The position numbers and the translations under genes were made by a program. 64,000 nucleotides of DNA from Spirochaetia bacterium (GTDB lineage: Bacteria; Spirochaetota; Spirochaetia; UBA9216). The notes beneath the pieces were generated by a model that made no database searches, had not been told where the DNA came from, and saw only the letters and a program-made list of their open reading frames with translations. Within the stretch, counting starts at the first letter, position 1, and each line of letters opens with the position of its first letter. The stretch spans positions 64,001 through 128,000 of the forward strand of contig OZ223265.1 of NCBI GenBank assembly GCA_965140585.1. The letters are read 5' to 3'. Below are positions 1-8,487 of the stretch, piece by piece.

Positions 1-262
1 CAGTAAAAAACGGGAGAGTCGACATTAAACCGGCAAGATGTTTAGCCTGATCGATTTGAGAGTCAAGTTTCAGCTTGATTGCTGTACCCGTTTCATCAAA
101 TAGATTTTCCGCCTTATCTTCGCTTACCTGCCTGCTGATTGAGAGGACGGCAAATATTGTCGAGAATGATGTGACAGCCAGTACCAGGAATATTATAAAA
201 ATAAGACTGACCTGAAACCTGATATGTATTTTCCCTGTAGATAATCTAATACTCTTTTTCAT
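1..262 (-). CDS. Partial membrane-anchored sensor/signalling protein (N-terminus only, runs off window)
   Basis: Hand translation from ATG at 262: MKKSIRLSTGKIHIRFQVSLIFIIFLVLAVTSFSTIFAVLSISRQVSEDKAENLF..., open to window edge; basic N-terminus plus TM helix. Confidence 0.65.
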   Translation of the reverse strand, partial: MKKSIRLSTGKIHIRFQVSLIFIIFLVLAVTSFSTIFAVLSISRQVSEDKAENLFDETGTAIKLKLDSQIDQAKHLAGLMSTLPFFT

Positions 263-320
263 ACCCAGATCAGAATTATAATTCATACATTCAAACACCG
301 CAAATCACAAATTTTTAAAT

Positions 321-363
321 AACAGAAAAGAGGAGTCTAATAAAAACCCCTCTCTTCCTGTTT
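321..363 (-). terminator. Intrinsic terminator after rsgA-like gene
   Basis: Minus strand AGAGGGGTT-loop-GACTCCTCT stem followed by TTTCTGTTATTT. Confidence 0.6.
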
Positions 364-1446
364 TTACTTCTTGAATTGCCTGGCAAGTTTCGCAATGTTT
401 TTCCACTTTTCCTTCTCTTCCCTGGCAAGTTTTTCATCTGTTCTTCTGTTCAGATACCGTATTTCCTTCTGAAGACTCAGAAAACTGTCATACCTGCGGG
501 CATCAAGCTCGCCGGCAGCAAGTGCAAGCTGAACGGCACAGCCCGGTTCAGCCTGATGTGAACAGTCGCTGAAACGGCATTCAGAGGCAAGTTCAAGGAT
601 GTCCTGAAAGGTCTCATTAAGCGAATCCTCGCCAGCCCATAACTGAATCTCTTTCAGCCCCGGAGTATCGATAAGTATAAGCCCCGATGGCAGCAGAAAC
701 ATCTCACGGTGTGTTGTAGTATGTCTGCCGCGCAGATCCCCCGCTCTGGGAGCGGAAGTCCTCTGAAGATCATTCTCAAGCAGGTAGTTAATTATTGTGG
801 ACTTTCCTACCCCCGACGGCCCGGTTAGCGCTACAGTAGCCCCCGGCTTTACAGAGCGGGCAAGACTGTCCAGTCCCTCACCGGTCACTGCACTTATCGG
901 ATAAATATCAACTCCGGGCGCCGCATTAAGCGCCTCGGCAATCACCTGCTCGCGGTATTCATCGCTGCACAGGTCTGCTTTGTTCAGGATAATAACAGGG
1001 ACCGCACCGCTGTTCCAGGCAAGCGTCACGTAACGCTCCAGACCTCCGGATGTATAGTTACGCCCTCCGTCCAGTCCGAAAACAAGAAATATTACATCTA
1101 TATTTGATGCAACAATCTGCTCGTCTGTACGGGCGCCTGCGGTCTTTCGTGAAAATTTTGTCCTCCGCGGAAGTACATGCTCTATGACAGCAGTTGATTC
1201 TGACGCAGGTCTGAAAGCCACCCAGTCTCCTGTAACCGGAAAATCAGAGGGCACCGCGGTTCTGTATTTAAAAGAACCGGAGACCTCTCCGATAAGAAAA
1301 TTATCAGCTGCCTCCTGCTCAATATCGGCAATCGTATAGATATGGCGGCTTTCCTTTACAACACGGCCCGCATGCAGGCCCTGCTCCCTGAAAGGAGCAT
1401 ATTCTTCTTCAAGGAGGCTGTTCCAGCCCCATTTGAAATTATTCAT
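364..1446 (-). CDS. rsgA: RsgA-family circularly permuted GTPase (long paralog type)
   Basis: NKADL, GPSGVGKS, GRHTTT, DTPG and Zn-finger CRFSDCSHQAEPGC motifs; start moved to 1446 (GGAG SD). Confidence 0.93.
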   Translation of the reverse strand: MNNFKWGWNSLLEEEYAPFREQGLHAGRVVKESRHIYTIADIEQEAADNFLIGEVSGSFKYRTAVPSDFPVTGDWVAFRPASESTAVIEHVLPRRTKFSRKTAGARTDEQIVASNIDVIFLVFGLDGGRNYTSGGLERYVTLAWNSGAVPVIILNKADLCSDEYREQVIAEALNAAPGVDIYPISAVTGEGLDSLARSVKPGATVALTGPSGVGKSTIINYLLENDLQRTSAPRAGDLRGRHTTTHREMFLLPSGLILIDTPGLKEIQLWAGEDSLNETFQDILELASECRFSDCSHQAEPGCAVQLALAAGELDARRYDSFLSLQKEIRYLNRRTDEKLAREEKEKWKNIAKLARQFKK

Positions 1447-1813
1447 ATTTACTTCTCCATAACTGCTCAACTGGAAACGGAAGCATTGAAATCGGCTTTA
1501 CAGCCAGTTTCAGAAGCATAGCATCATTATCATCTCCCGCAATCCTGTTAAGGCGGATAAATCCGCACATAATACATCTGTGAATGACAGACCATTCTCC
1601 TGAAGGTCTGCACCAGATTGAAATCGGCTCCATTAATCCCCTGCAACCGCAGCGTCTGTCTCCCTTTTTTAAATCAACATGGAGACTGTACAGGCAGTGC
1701 GGGCAGTGATTACGATGTTCTCCCCCGTATTCGGGAGGACTTACTGCGTTTCCGCAGTTGCTGCATATAAAAGTTTCATGATACTCAATATTATTCTGGA
1801 TAGATCTCGACAT
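1439..1813 (-). CDS. RNHCP domain protein
   Basis: FICSNCG...HRNHCPHCLYSLHVD...GDR..CRGLM...HRCIMCG...NRIAGDDN signature; overlaps rsgA start. Confidence 0.9.
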   Translation of the reverse strand: MSRSIQNNIEYHETFICSNCGNAVSPPEYGGEHRNHCPHCLYSLHVDLKKGDRRCGCRGLMEPISIWCRPSGEWSVIHRCIMCGFIRLNRIAGDDNDAMLLKLAVKPISMLPFPVEQLWRSKYE

Positions 1814-1923
1814 ACATTCCCTTTTAAAGATTGAGATAAATGTACGTGATGTCCTGTTCGATTAGAAATTTAGTTTTAAAAAGATTTTTCCGGAGGGATG
1901 CTTAGACTGGTGTTTTAAAATTT

Positions 1924-1977
1924 TCAGCAGTCAAAATTTCCCTGAACAGGAACATCTTTAACAACAATATCCAACAT
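1924..1977 (-). CDS. Putative leader peptide MLDIVVKDVPVQGNFDC
   Basis: Strong SD GAGGAGG at 1983-1989, ATG 1977, TGA 1926-1924; first ORF after the promoter. Confidence 0.7.
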   Translation of the reverse strand: MLDIVVKDVPVQGNFDC

Positions 1978-2008
1978 TAACGCCTCCTCAGGTAATTTAA
2001 GATAATTA

Positions 2009-2037
2009 AATATATGTGCATATTTAAAAGCTGTCAA
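2009..2037 (-). promoter_or_regulatory. Sigma70-type promoter of leader-RNHCP-rsgA operon
   Basis: TTGACA-17 nt-TATATT on minus strand. Confidence 0.75.
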
Positions 2038-2039
2038 GT

Positions 2040-2768
2040 TCAATCTGTGAGAAGCCGGTACAGTTCAGCTTCGATAGCCATGAGTTTCGGATGATCCGGA
2101 TTTCGTTCAGATATTTTCAACGGGTTTTCAATGATCTTTCTGATGACGGCCGGGCGTCTTCCCGACAGAACTATAATTTCATCGCCAAGAATCAGCGCCT
2201 CATTGATGTCATGGGTAACAAAAACTGCAGTCCGGTTATCAGCCGTCCAGAGCTTCAAAAACAGACTGGTCAGTTCCAGCTTAAGACGAAGATCCAGAGC
2301 CTGAAAGGGTTCATCCATAAGTATCATGCCGGCGGGGTAAGCAAAGGCTCTCGCAATAGCAACACGCTGACGCATACCGCCGGAAAGTCTTGTAGGATAG
2401 TATTTTTCAAATCCCGACAATCCAACTGCGTGAAGAAAATAGGCAGCTATTTCCCTGCAATCTTTCGGGGAGTGATCGACTTTTAACACAAGTTCAATAT
2501 TCTGCATTGCAGTCCGCCAGGGAAGCAGCCTCGGCTCCTGAAACAGATAGCTTTTACGCTTCGATTCAGCACCGACTTCAATATTTCCTTCCTGCGGCAG
2601 AAGAAGTCCGTGAACAAGATTCAGAAGGCTGGTCTTACCGCATCCGGAAGGACCGAGTATCGCGGTAACTGATGATGCTTTCAGATTCATGCTGAACCCA
2701 CTGAATATAGGCTCTGTGCTGCCCGGATACCTAAAACTGACATTTGAAATCCTTACTGCAGCATCCAT
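2040..2768 (-). CDS. NitT/TauT-family ABC transporter ATP-binding protein
   Basis: GPSGCGKT, FQEPRLLPW, LSGGMRQR, MDEPF, FVTHD. Confidence 0.93.
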   Translation of the reverse strand: MDAAVRISNVSFRYPGSTEPIFSGFSMNLKASSVTAILGPSGCGKTSLLNLVHGLLLPQEGNIEVGAESKRKSYLFQEPRLLPWRTAMQNIELVLKVDHSPKDCREIAAYFLHAVGLSGFEKYYPTRLSGGMRQRVAIARAFAYPAGMILMDEPFQALDLRLKLELTSLFLKLWTADNRTAVFVTHDINEALILGDEIIVLSGRRPAVIRKIIENPLKISERNPDHPKLMAIEAELYRLLTD

Positions 2769-3529
2769 CAGGCACCTCCCCTGATAAATCCTGCCGAAAT
2801 GAAATCAAGTATTTTTTCACTCAGCCAGCTTAGAATAATTGCTGTCAATGTCCAGGCAATAACCTCGGCAGTTTCAAGGTTCATCTGGGCAAACTGCATC
2901 CCGGAACCTATAGCCCTTACCGGCTGGCTTAAGACCTCAGCTGCAATTACCGATTTCCAGGCGACACCCACACTGGCCCGTACACCCGAAAGAATAAAAG
3001 GAACCACCGATGGAACAGTTATATGCAAAAGAATGTCCCGGGAGGAGAGCCTGAAGACCTGGCCCATCTCAATCAGTGCCGGGTCAATGCTCCTTATTCC
3101 TTCGGTTACATTAGCAGTTATTATTGGAAATACCATCAGAAAACAGACAAAAACCGGCACCATATCCGTTTTAAACCATATCATAGCCAGTATTATAACC
3201 GACATCACAGGAACAGTTCTGATTATGGTTATTAAAGGCGAAAGAGCAGAATTAATAGTCCGGTTTGAGCCGCAGGCTATTCCGGTTACGAAGCCGGCAG
3301 CAAATGAAATGAGAAATCCCAGCAGTGTTCTCAGCGCTGTATTGCCTACGGCTTCATGGAATTCAGCCGTAACTGCAATTTCCGAAAGCCTTTTTATAAC
3401 AGCTTCCGGTGCAGGAACAATGATGGGAATATTTATTCTGACCGCAGCAAGCTTCCATATTACAAGCAGAACCGCAGCGGTCAGAATTCCTGGTATAAGT
3501 GTCTTTTTACTTGAAGTAAAAGCCTTCAT
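2768..3529 (-). CDS. NitT/TauT-family ABC transporter permease
   Basis: Hydrophobic, EAA-like loop, WKSVIAAEVL..GSGM; likely start MKAFTSSKK at 3529. Confidence 0.9.
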   Translation of the reverse strand: MKAFTSSKKTLIPGILTAAVLLVIWKLAAVRINIPIIVPAPEAVIKRLSEIAVTAEFHEAVGNTALRTLLGFLISFAAGFVTGIACGSNRTINSALSPLITIIRTVPVMSVIILAMIWFKTDMVPVFVCFLMVFPIITANVTEGIRSIDPALIEMGQVFRLSSRDILLHITVPSVVPFILSGVRASVGVAWKSVIAAEVLSQPVRAIGSGMQFAQMNLETAEVIAWTLTAIILSWLSEKILDFISAGFIRGGA

Positions 3530-4490
3530 CAGGCAGGGAGCCTCCAAGGGATACTGGATCAAGTTCCATGAACATTCCAAGAAAATCAACTACATCAGCC
3601 ATTGCATCCTGTGCAGATATATACTTTATACCCGTAAGAGGAATTGCGCTCGCAGCAGTTGACGCAGCCATTATACCGTATTTCTCTATAACCTGCCCGG
3701 CGGCCTTTGGATCTTCAAGAACCCAGTTAATTGAACGCTCAAGCGCTGCAGAAAGGGCTCTCGCCGCTTCGGGGTTTTCAACAGCAAGACGGGGGCTTAT
3801 TACAAAGGCTGTAAAAGGAAAGGCTTGCTCCCCTCCCCTTAAATCTTTGAGTTCTTCCTGTGGGTCCAGGACATTTTTTACTGCGGGATTTTTCATTCCC
3901 GTCTGCATAACAAAGGGCTGCGGAATAAAAGCAGTATCAGCTTTACCGGCAATCAGCAGCTGGGCGACCTGCGGAGCCTGTGCTGTGAAATCAAGAGTAA
4001 CATCACGATCGGGATTAAGCCCGTTCTTTTCAAGAATATACCTTAGCAGGTAGTCGGGGGTTGCACCCTTTCCTGTTATATAAATCTTTTTTCCTTTTAG
4101 ATCTGCCCAGTCTTTTACGTCCGGATCCGATGAAACCATGTACAGTGAGCCGAGTCCGCTTACAGCGGCAAGTTTAAAACCGGGCCCCTTTGAATAAAGC
4201 TTTGCTGCAGTATTTACCGGCAGAAATACACCATCGGCCTGTCCGCTTGTCATTTTGGCTATCGCTTCAACAGGCGATGATACAATTATGTATTCGGCCC
4301 GTACTCCGTAGCCTGGCTGAAAATTCTCATTAAGCAGCCCTGCGGCAGCAAAACCTGAAGGCCCCTTTAAAGCAGCCACTGTCACTGTAATATCCTCGGC
4401 AGCAGCAGGCAGAACAGCTGCCGCAGAAAGAACTGCAGTCAGCAGAACAGTGAGTATTACTTTCTTAATACCTGTTTCTCCTCGTGTCAT
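3507..4490 (-). CDS. NitT/TauT (SsuA-like) ABC substrate-binding protein
   Basis: Signal peptide, VAALKGPS, DLKGKKI..GKGATP, PQPF motifs. Confidence 0.88.
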   Translation of the reverse strand: MTRGETGIKKVILTVLLTAVLSAAAVLPAAAEDITVTVAALKGPSGFAAAGLLNENFQPGYGVRAEYIIVSSPVEAIAKMTSGQADGVFLPVNTAAKLYSKGPGFKLAAVSGLGSLYMVSSDPDVKDWADLKGKKIYITGKGATPDYLLRYILEKNGLNPDRDVTLDFTAQAPQVAQLLIAGKADTAFIPQPFVMQTGMKNPAVKNVLDPQEELKDLRGGEQAFPFTAFVISPRLAVENPEAARALSAALERSINWVLEDPKAAGQVIEKYGIMAASTAASAIPLTGIKYISAQDAMADVVDFLGMFMELDPVSLGGSLPDEGFYFK

Positions 4491-4511
4491 TCGATCATCC
4501 TTTAAAATTTT

Positions 4512-4784
4512 TTATTCCGGTTCAATCGTTTTGCTGATACCGGTTTTAACAGTTACCCCGTCAATTCTACCGAGTTTACCTGTAAATGCACCTATTTCGT
4601 CTGTATTGGCATGGAGGATAAGAGTAATTATTGAAAGTTTCCCGGTATCTATATTAGGAAGGCCCATTCGGCCCATTATAATAGTAGAAAATTCAGAAAT
4701 TATCTGCTGCACGGCAGATGCACTTTTTTCCCGTTCCTGAATTATAATTCCGGTAAATGCGTATCGTTTTTCCGACAGGCTCAT
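4512..4784 (-). CDS. TM1266-family (iron-only hydrogenase system) putative regulator, ACT-like fold
   Basis: GIII...VQQIISEF...IMGRMGLP...IGAFTGKLGRIDGVTVKT. Confidence 0.85.
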   Translation of the reverse strand: MSLSEKRYAFTGIIIQEREKSASAVQQIISEFSTIIMGRMGLPNIDTGKLSIITLILHANTDEIGAFTGKLGRIDGVTVKTGISKTIEPE

Positions 4785-4862
4785 CTTTCCTCCTTCTGGA
4801 GGAAGGTTATTGAAGTGATGTTCATTTTACACCTCAGGTCAGTAAAACCTTCCATCAGAGCC
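4785..4862 (-). promoter_or_regulatory. Structured 5' leader with alternative SD-sequestering hairpin
   Basis: UUCCUCC-AGAA-GGAGGAA hairpin over SD competes with GGAAGGUU/AACCUUCC stem; inner hairpin UGAGGUG/CACUUCA. Confidence 0.6.
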
Positions 4863-4867
4863 TCTAC

Positions 4868-4896
4868 AGGATATTATCAAAAACTGCATCTGTCAA
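4868..4896 (-). promoter_or_regulatory. Sigma70-type promoter of TM1266-ABC operon
   Basis: TTGACA-17 nt-TATCCT. Confidence 0.65.
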
Positions 4897-5639
4897 TCAG
4901 ATAGATTTTTTATAAATTCATTCATCCCAGCATCGAGAGAACTGTGAATAAAATTGTACAGAGCTCGCTGATTTTCAGCATCCATATTGCGATCGAAGAT
5001 CATGACATGTATTTTTCTGCCGGTAATCTTGCGTTCAAGATTCTTCATTGCTTTAAGATAGAGGTGATCCTCTCCAAGATCCAATCTTATTTCCAAAAGT
5101 TCATCTGAGACAGGGATCTCGCTTTGATCCGGAAGGCTGCAGGATAATCCGAGTGAACTTATATCATGAACATGACCTTCAGCAACCATCGTCGGCAGAA
5201 TAACCTTGATACCGGCTACAGTTTCACCGTACCCCCCGTATCTTACAAAATTTCTCCGGCCTTTGCCTCCGAAACTCGTAAACGTATTGCGCAGATCCTC
5301 TATAACCGTTTCAGGATCCCCGTGGCAACAGACTGAAGCATCCCAGAAATCAGTTTCAGGCGGTAGATCTTCATAGAGGGAAATCATGGTTATCTTGTGT
5401 TCATATTCTAAATCAGATAGCTGATCGTAAACATCCTTCGCAAGCCAGTTGAAATCGTTTTTAATCAGATTTATACATAGGATACTGCCCGGATAGAATT
5501 CCATCAACACACGTATTTTTTCATGATCTGATAAATAGTATATTTCAAACTGGTCTCTCAAGTAGCCGTGAAATATTTTATCCCTCAACTGTTTATCTGG
5601 GTAAAGAATAAATATTTTTTTTCCGGAAAAATCATCCAT
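4893..5639 (-). CDS. PilZ-domain protein with N-terminal receiver-like domain
   Basis: RRNFVR (RxxxR) and DISSLG (DxSxxG) c-di-GMP-binding motifs. Confidence 0.75.
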   Translation of the reverse strand: MDDFSGKKIFILYPDKQLRDKIFHGYLRDQFEIYYLSDHEKIRVLMEFYPGSILCINLIKNDFNWLAKDVYDQLSDLEYEHKITMISLYEDLPPETDFWDASVCCHGDPETVIEDLRNTFTSFGGKGRRNFVRYGGYGETVAGIKVILPTMVAEGHVHDISSLGLSCSLPDQSEIPVSDELLEIRLDLGEDHLYLKAMKNLERKITGRKIHVMIFDRNMDAENQRALYNFIHSSLDAGMNEFIKNLSD

Positions 5640-5722
5640 ATATATAGATTATGAAAAACAAATGAGCTTAGCAAATTAATATTGGACTAATATTAATTTT
5701 TCTGCTAAATTATCACTTGAAG

Positions 5723-5823
5723 TAAAGGGGAGTAGCTGACAGGAGACTGTTTTAACTGTTCGTCAATACGGCAATAAAAGCCCGGGCAGTTAATTCCTTA
5801 TTCAGGAAATGCAAGACCTTTAT
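5723..5823 (+). ncRNA. yybP-ykoY (Mn2+) riboswitch aptamer
   Basis: UAAAGGGGAGUAGC...CGUCAAUAC...GCAAGACCUUUA hallmark motifs. Confidence 0.9.
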
Positions 5824-5864
5824 CCATGCATAAGTTTTGTGCAGGGATAAAGGTCTTTTTTTTT
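5814..5864 (+). terminator. Riboswitch expression-platform terminator
   Basis: AGACCTTTATCC...GGATAAAGGTCT plus T-run; 5' arm overlaps the aptamer P1 3' strand. Confidence 0.88.
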
Positions 5865-5906
5865 AGGTATTAAAAAGCTAATATTAGAGAGAGGGAGTAA
5901 TTTTTT

Positions 5907-6896
5907 ATGGAAGAATTTCTGGCGTCTTTTATCCACGGACAGGCTGTTGTAGTCCTGTTTATCATCATAGCTGCAACACTGTATGTGCTGGGAAAGGGTG
6001 CTGATATTCTGGTTGATGAGGCTGTCAGCCTTTCAGTCAGATGGGGCATTCCCAAACTGCTGATAGGGGCTACTATAGTAAGCCTGGGCACTACCCTGCC
6101 GGAAGCATCCGTATCGGTATTAGCAGCACTGCAGGGAAACCCTGATCTAGCACTTGGAAACGCAGTAGGGTCCATCATATGTGATACCGGGCTGATAATC
6201 GGCATTGCAGCGCTTATCTCACCACTTGTTCTTGATAGACGGATTGTAAACCGACAGGGCTGGATTCAGTTCGGAGCCGGACTGCTGCTTGCCGCAGCAG
6301 GACTTATAGCCGGAAATATATCCCGGATATTCGGGTTTATACTTATCGCATTGCTTGTTATTTACATGGTTATTTCCATTAAATGGTCAAAGAACGGCAC
6401 TGTTGATGAAGTGAGTACCGAAACAGCCGATGCATCACCTGTACTGATAGTACTTCTGAAACTAGCCCTTGGTGCGGCACTCATAATAATTTCATCAAAG
6501 GTTCTGATTCCTACAGTTGAAGAAACCGCAAAAAGAATAGGAATTCCCGACAGCATAATAGCTGCAACCCTAGTTGCCTTCGGGACTTCACTTCCTGAAC
6601 TTGTCACCGCGATATCGGCAGCAAGAAGAGGCCATGGAGACCTGGCTATAGGCAATGTCATAGGAGCGGATATACTTAACGTCCTCTTTGTTGTAGGCGC
6701 TGCTGCGTCGGTAACACCGGAAGGTCTTCATGTTCCGGTATACTTTTTCAAATTGCAGTTTCCCGTAATGATTGGAATCCTGCTGGTATTCAGACTCATC
6801 ACATTATTCTCAAAGACCCATGTGAAGAGGTGGCACGGTTTACTGCTTTTAGCGCTTTATGTTGCATACACTGTCATCAGTTACGGAATAGTCTGA
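5907..6896 (+). CDS. Calcium/sodium antiporter (CaCA/YrbG family)
   Basis: Two alpha repeats GTTLPE...GNAVGS and GTSLPE...GNVIGA. Confidence 0.92.
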   Translation: MEEFLASFIHGQAVVVLFIIIAATLYVLGKGADILVDEAVSLSVRWGIPKLLIGATIVSLGTTLPEASVSVLAALQGNPDLALGNAVGSIICDTGLIIGIAALISPLVLDRRIVNRQGWIQFGAGLLLAAAGLIAGNISRIFGFILIALLVIYMVISIKWSKNGTVDEVSTETADASPVLIVLLKLALGAALIIISSKVLIPTVEETAKRIGIPDSIIAATLVAFGTSLPELVTAISAARRGHGDLAIGNVIGADILNVLFVVGAAASVTPEGLHVPVYFFKLQFPVMIGILLVFRLITLFSKTHVKRWHGLLLLALYVAYTVISYGIV

Positions 6897-6969
6897 ATGG
6901 AAGGGCGGAAACTTGATAACAGCTTCCGTATCATTTAATCTTTATATATAAAGTATTAAGGAGCATAAC

Positions 6970-8253
6970 ATGGATTTCAGCCTTCACCATCCCGCAGAAC
7001 AGCTCATAATGATAATGGACAGAATTTACGGATACGGTATGACCACAACATCCGGAGGCAACCTCTCCATTATGGATGAAAACGGCGATGTCTGGATAAC
7101 TCCTGCCGGGAAGGACAAGGGTTCTCTGGTAACCGAAGATATAGTCTGTATAAAACCCGACGGAAAATTTATCGGAGCTTTAAGACCGTCTTCCGAGTAT
7201 CCGTTTCACCTGGCGGCCTATAAAAGCAGACCCGAAATAAAAGCAGTGCTTCATGCCCACCCGCCGGCACTTGTCGCCTACAGTATAACCAGGACAATTC
7301 CCAATACCCGCATAAACCCGACAGCCTACAGGGTCTGCGGAGACATACGAATGGCACCGTATGCTACTCCCGGAACCGAAGAACTTGGAGTAAATATAGC
7401 AGCAGAACTTGAAACCGGAGCAAATATTATAATGCTGGAGAACCATGGAGTTCTGATTGCCGGCGAAACACTCTTTGAAGCTTTTGAAAGGTTTGAAACT
7501 CTGGACTTCTGTGCGCGTCTTCAGATAAAAGCCGCCCGAATGGGAAAGGCAGTTGATCTAACTGATGAACAGTTATCAATGAATAAGGCGGAATTAGCTG
7601 TTCTTCCTGAATTCACACCGGCATATCACAGTTCGGAAGAAAAGCGGCAGCGTCGTGAGATGATAACCCTTATACACAGGGCCTATGATCAGAAACTTTT
7701 TACCAGCACCGAGGGAACATTCTCCTCAAGGACAGGTGATGATTCATTTATCATTACTCCCTACAACAGAGACAGAAAATATATCGACATTGATGACCTG
7801 GTTCTAGTGAATGAAGGAAAAAGAGAATCCGGAAAGAATCCAAGCCGTTCTGCGGTGCTTCACAGACTGATTTATCAGAGGAATCCTGAGATAAACTCTA
7901 TAATAATAGCGCATCCGCCCAATATAATGGCCTTTGGAATTACCAACACCGAATTCGATACAAGAACTATTCCGGAGTGCTATGTAATGCTCAGGGATAT
8001 CCCGCTGATGCCATACGGCTCATCTTTTACCGATCGCGAGGGGGTTGCCGATAAAATATCCACCAAATCTCCTCTTATTATTTTTAGAAATAATTCACTG
8101 CTTGTCACCGGAAGCAACCTGTTGAATGCCTTTGATCGTCTAGAGGTTGCAGAATTCAGTGCAAAAGCAGTTCTGGCCGCAAAAAAACTTGGAGAAATAG
8201 TTTTCATCAGCGATGAGCAGGTTGAGAATCTAAAGACAGCATTCGGATTATAA
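6970..8253 (+). CDS. Class II aldolase/adducin protein with two tandem domains
   Basis: GGNLS, PSSE, HAHPP, ENHG in domain 1; EGTFS, PSRS, AHPP in domain 2. Confidence 0.88.
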   Translation: MDFSLHHPAEQLIMIMDRIYGYGMTTTSGGNLSIMDENGDVWITPAGKDKGSLVTEDIVCIKPDGKFIGALRPSSEYPFHLAAYKSRPEIKAVLHAHPPALVAYSITRTIPNTRINPTAYRVCGDIRMAPYATPGTEELGVNIAAELETGANIIMLENHGVLIAGETLFEAFERFETLDFCARLQIKAARMGKAVDLTDEQLSMNKAELAVLPEFTPAYHSSEEKRQRREMITLIHRAYDQKLFTSTEGTFSSRTGDDSFIITPYNRDRKYIDIDDLVLVNEGKRESGKNPSRSAVLHRLIYQRNPEINSIIIAHPPNIMAFGITNTEFDTRTIPECYVMLRDIPLMPYGSSFTDREGVADKISTKSPLIIFRNNSLLVTGSNLLNAFDRLEVAEFSAKAVLAAKKLGEIVFISDEQVENLKTAFGL

Positions 8254-8263
8254 TCAGACTCTA

Positions 8264-8385
8264 TAAATAAGCCAGGCGGCCATCAACGAAGGCCGCCTGT
8301 CAGGAGAAAAACTATTTCTTTCACGGCGCCAAGCCCGATTGAAAGAAAAATCGTATACGCATTACCACTTAGCAATGCTGAGAAT
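8264..8385 (-). ncRNA. Candidate small RNA (three hairpins, exposed anti-SD)
   Basis: Stems GCATTGC/GTAATGC, TTTCTTTCA/TGAAAGAAA, CAGGCGGCC/GGCCGCCTG; linker TTTTTCTCCT. Confidence 0.45.
8273..8299. terminator. GC-rich hairpin after aldolase gene
   Basis: Perfect 9-bp inverted repeat CAGGCGGCC/GGCCGCCTG. Confidence 0.7.
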
Positions 8386-8411
8386 AATATATACTCAATT
8401 CACAATTCATG

Positions 8412-8439
8412 TGTAAACAGAATGTAAATTAAGCGTAAA
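8412..8439. promoter_or_regulatory. Three direct repeats with 11-bp period (OmpR/PhoP-type box candidate)
   Basis: TGTAAA 8412, TGTAAA 8423, CGTAAA 8434. Confidence 0.5.
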
Positions 8440-8487
8440 TTTATATAAACTTGCTTAAATTGTGCTACATTTTTGGTGGAGACAATA

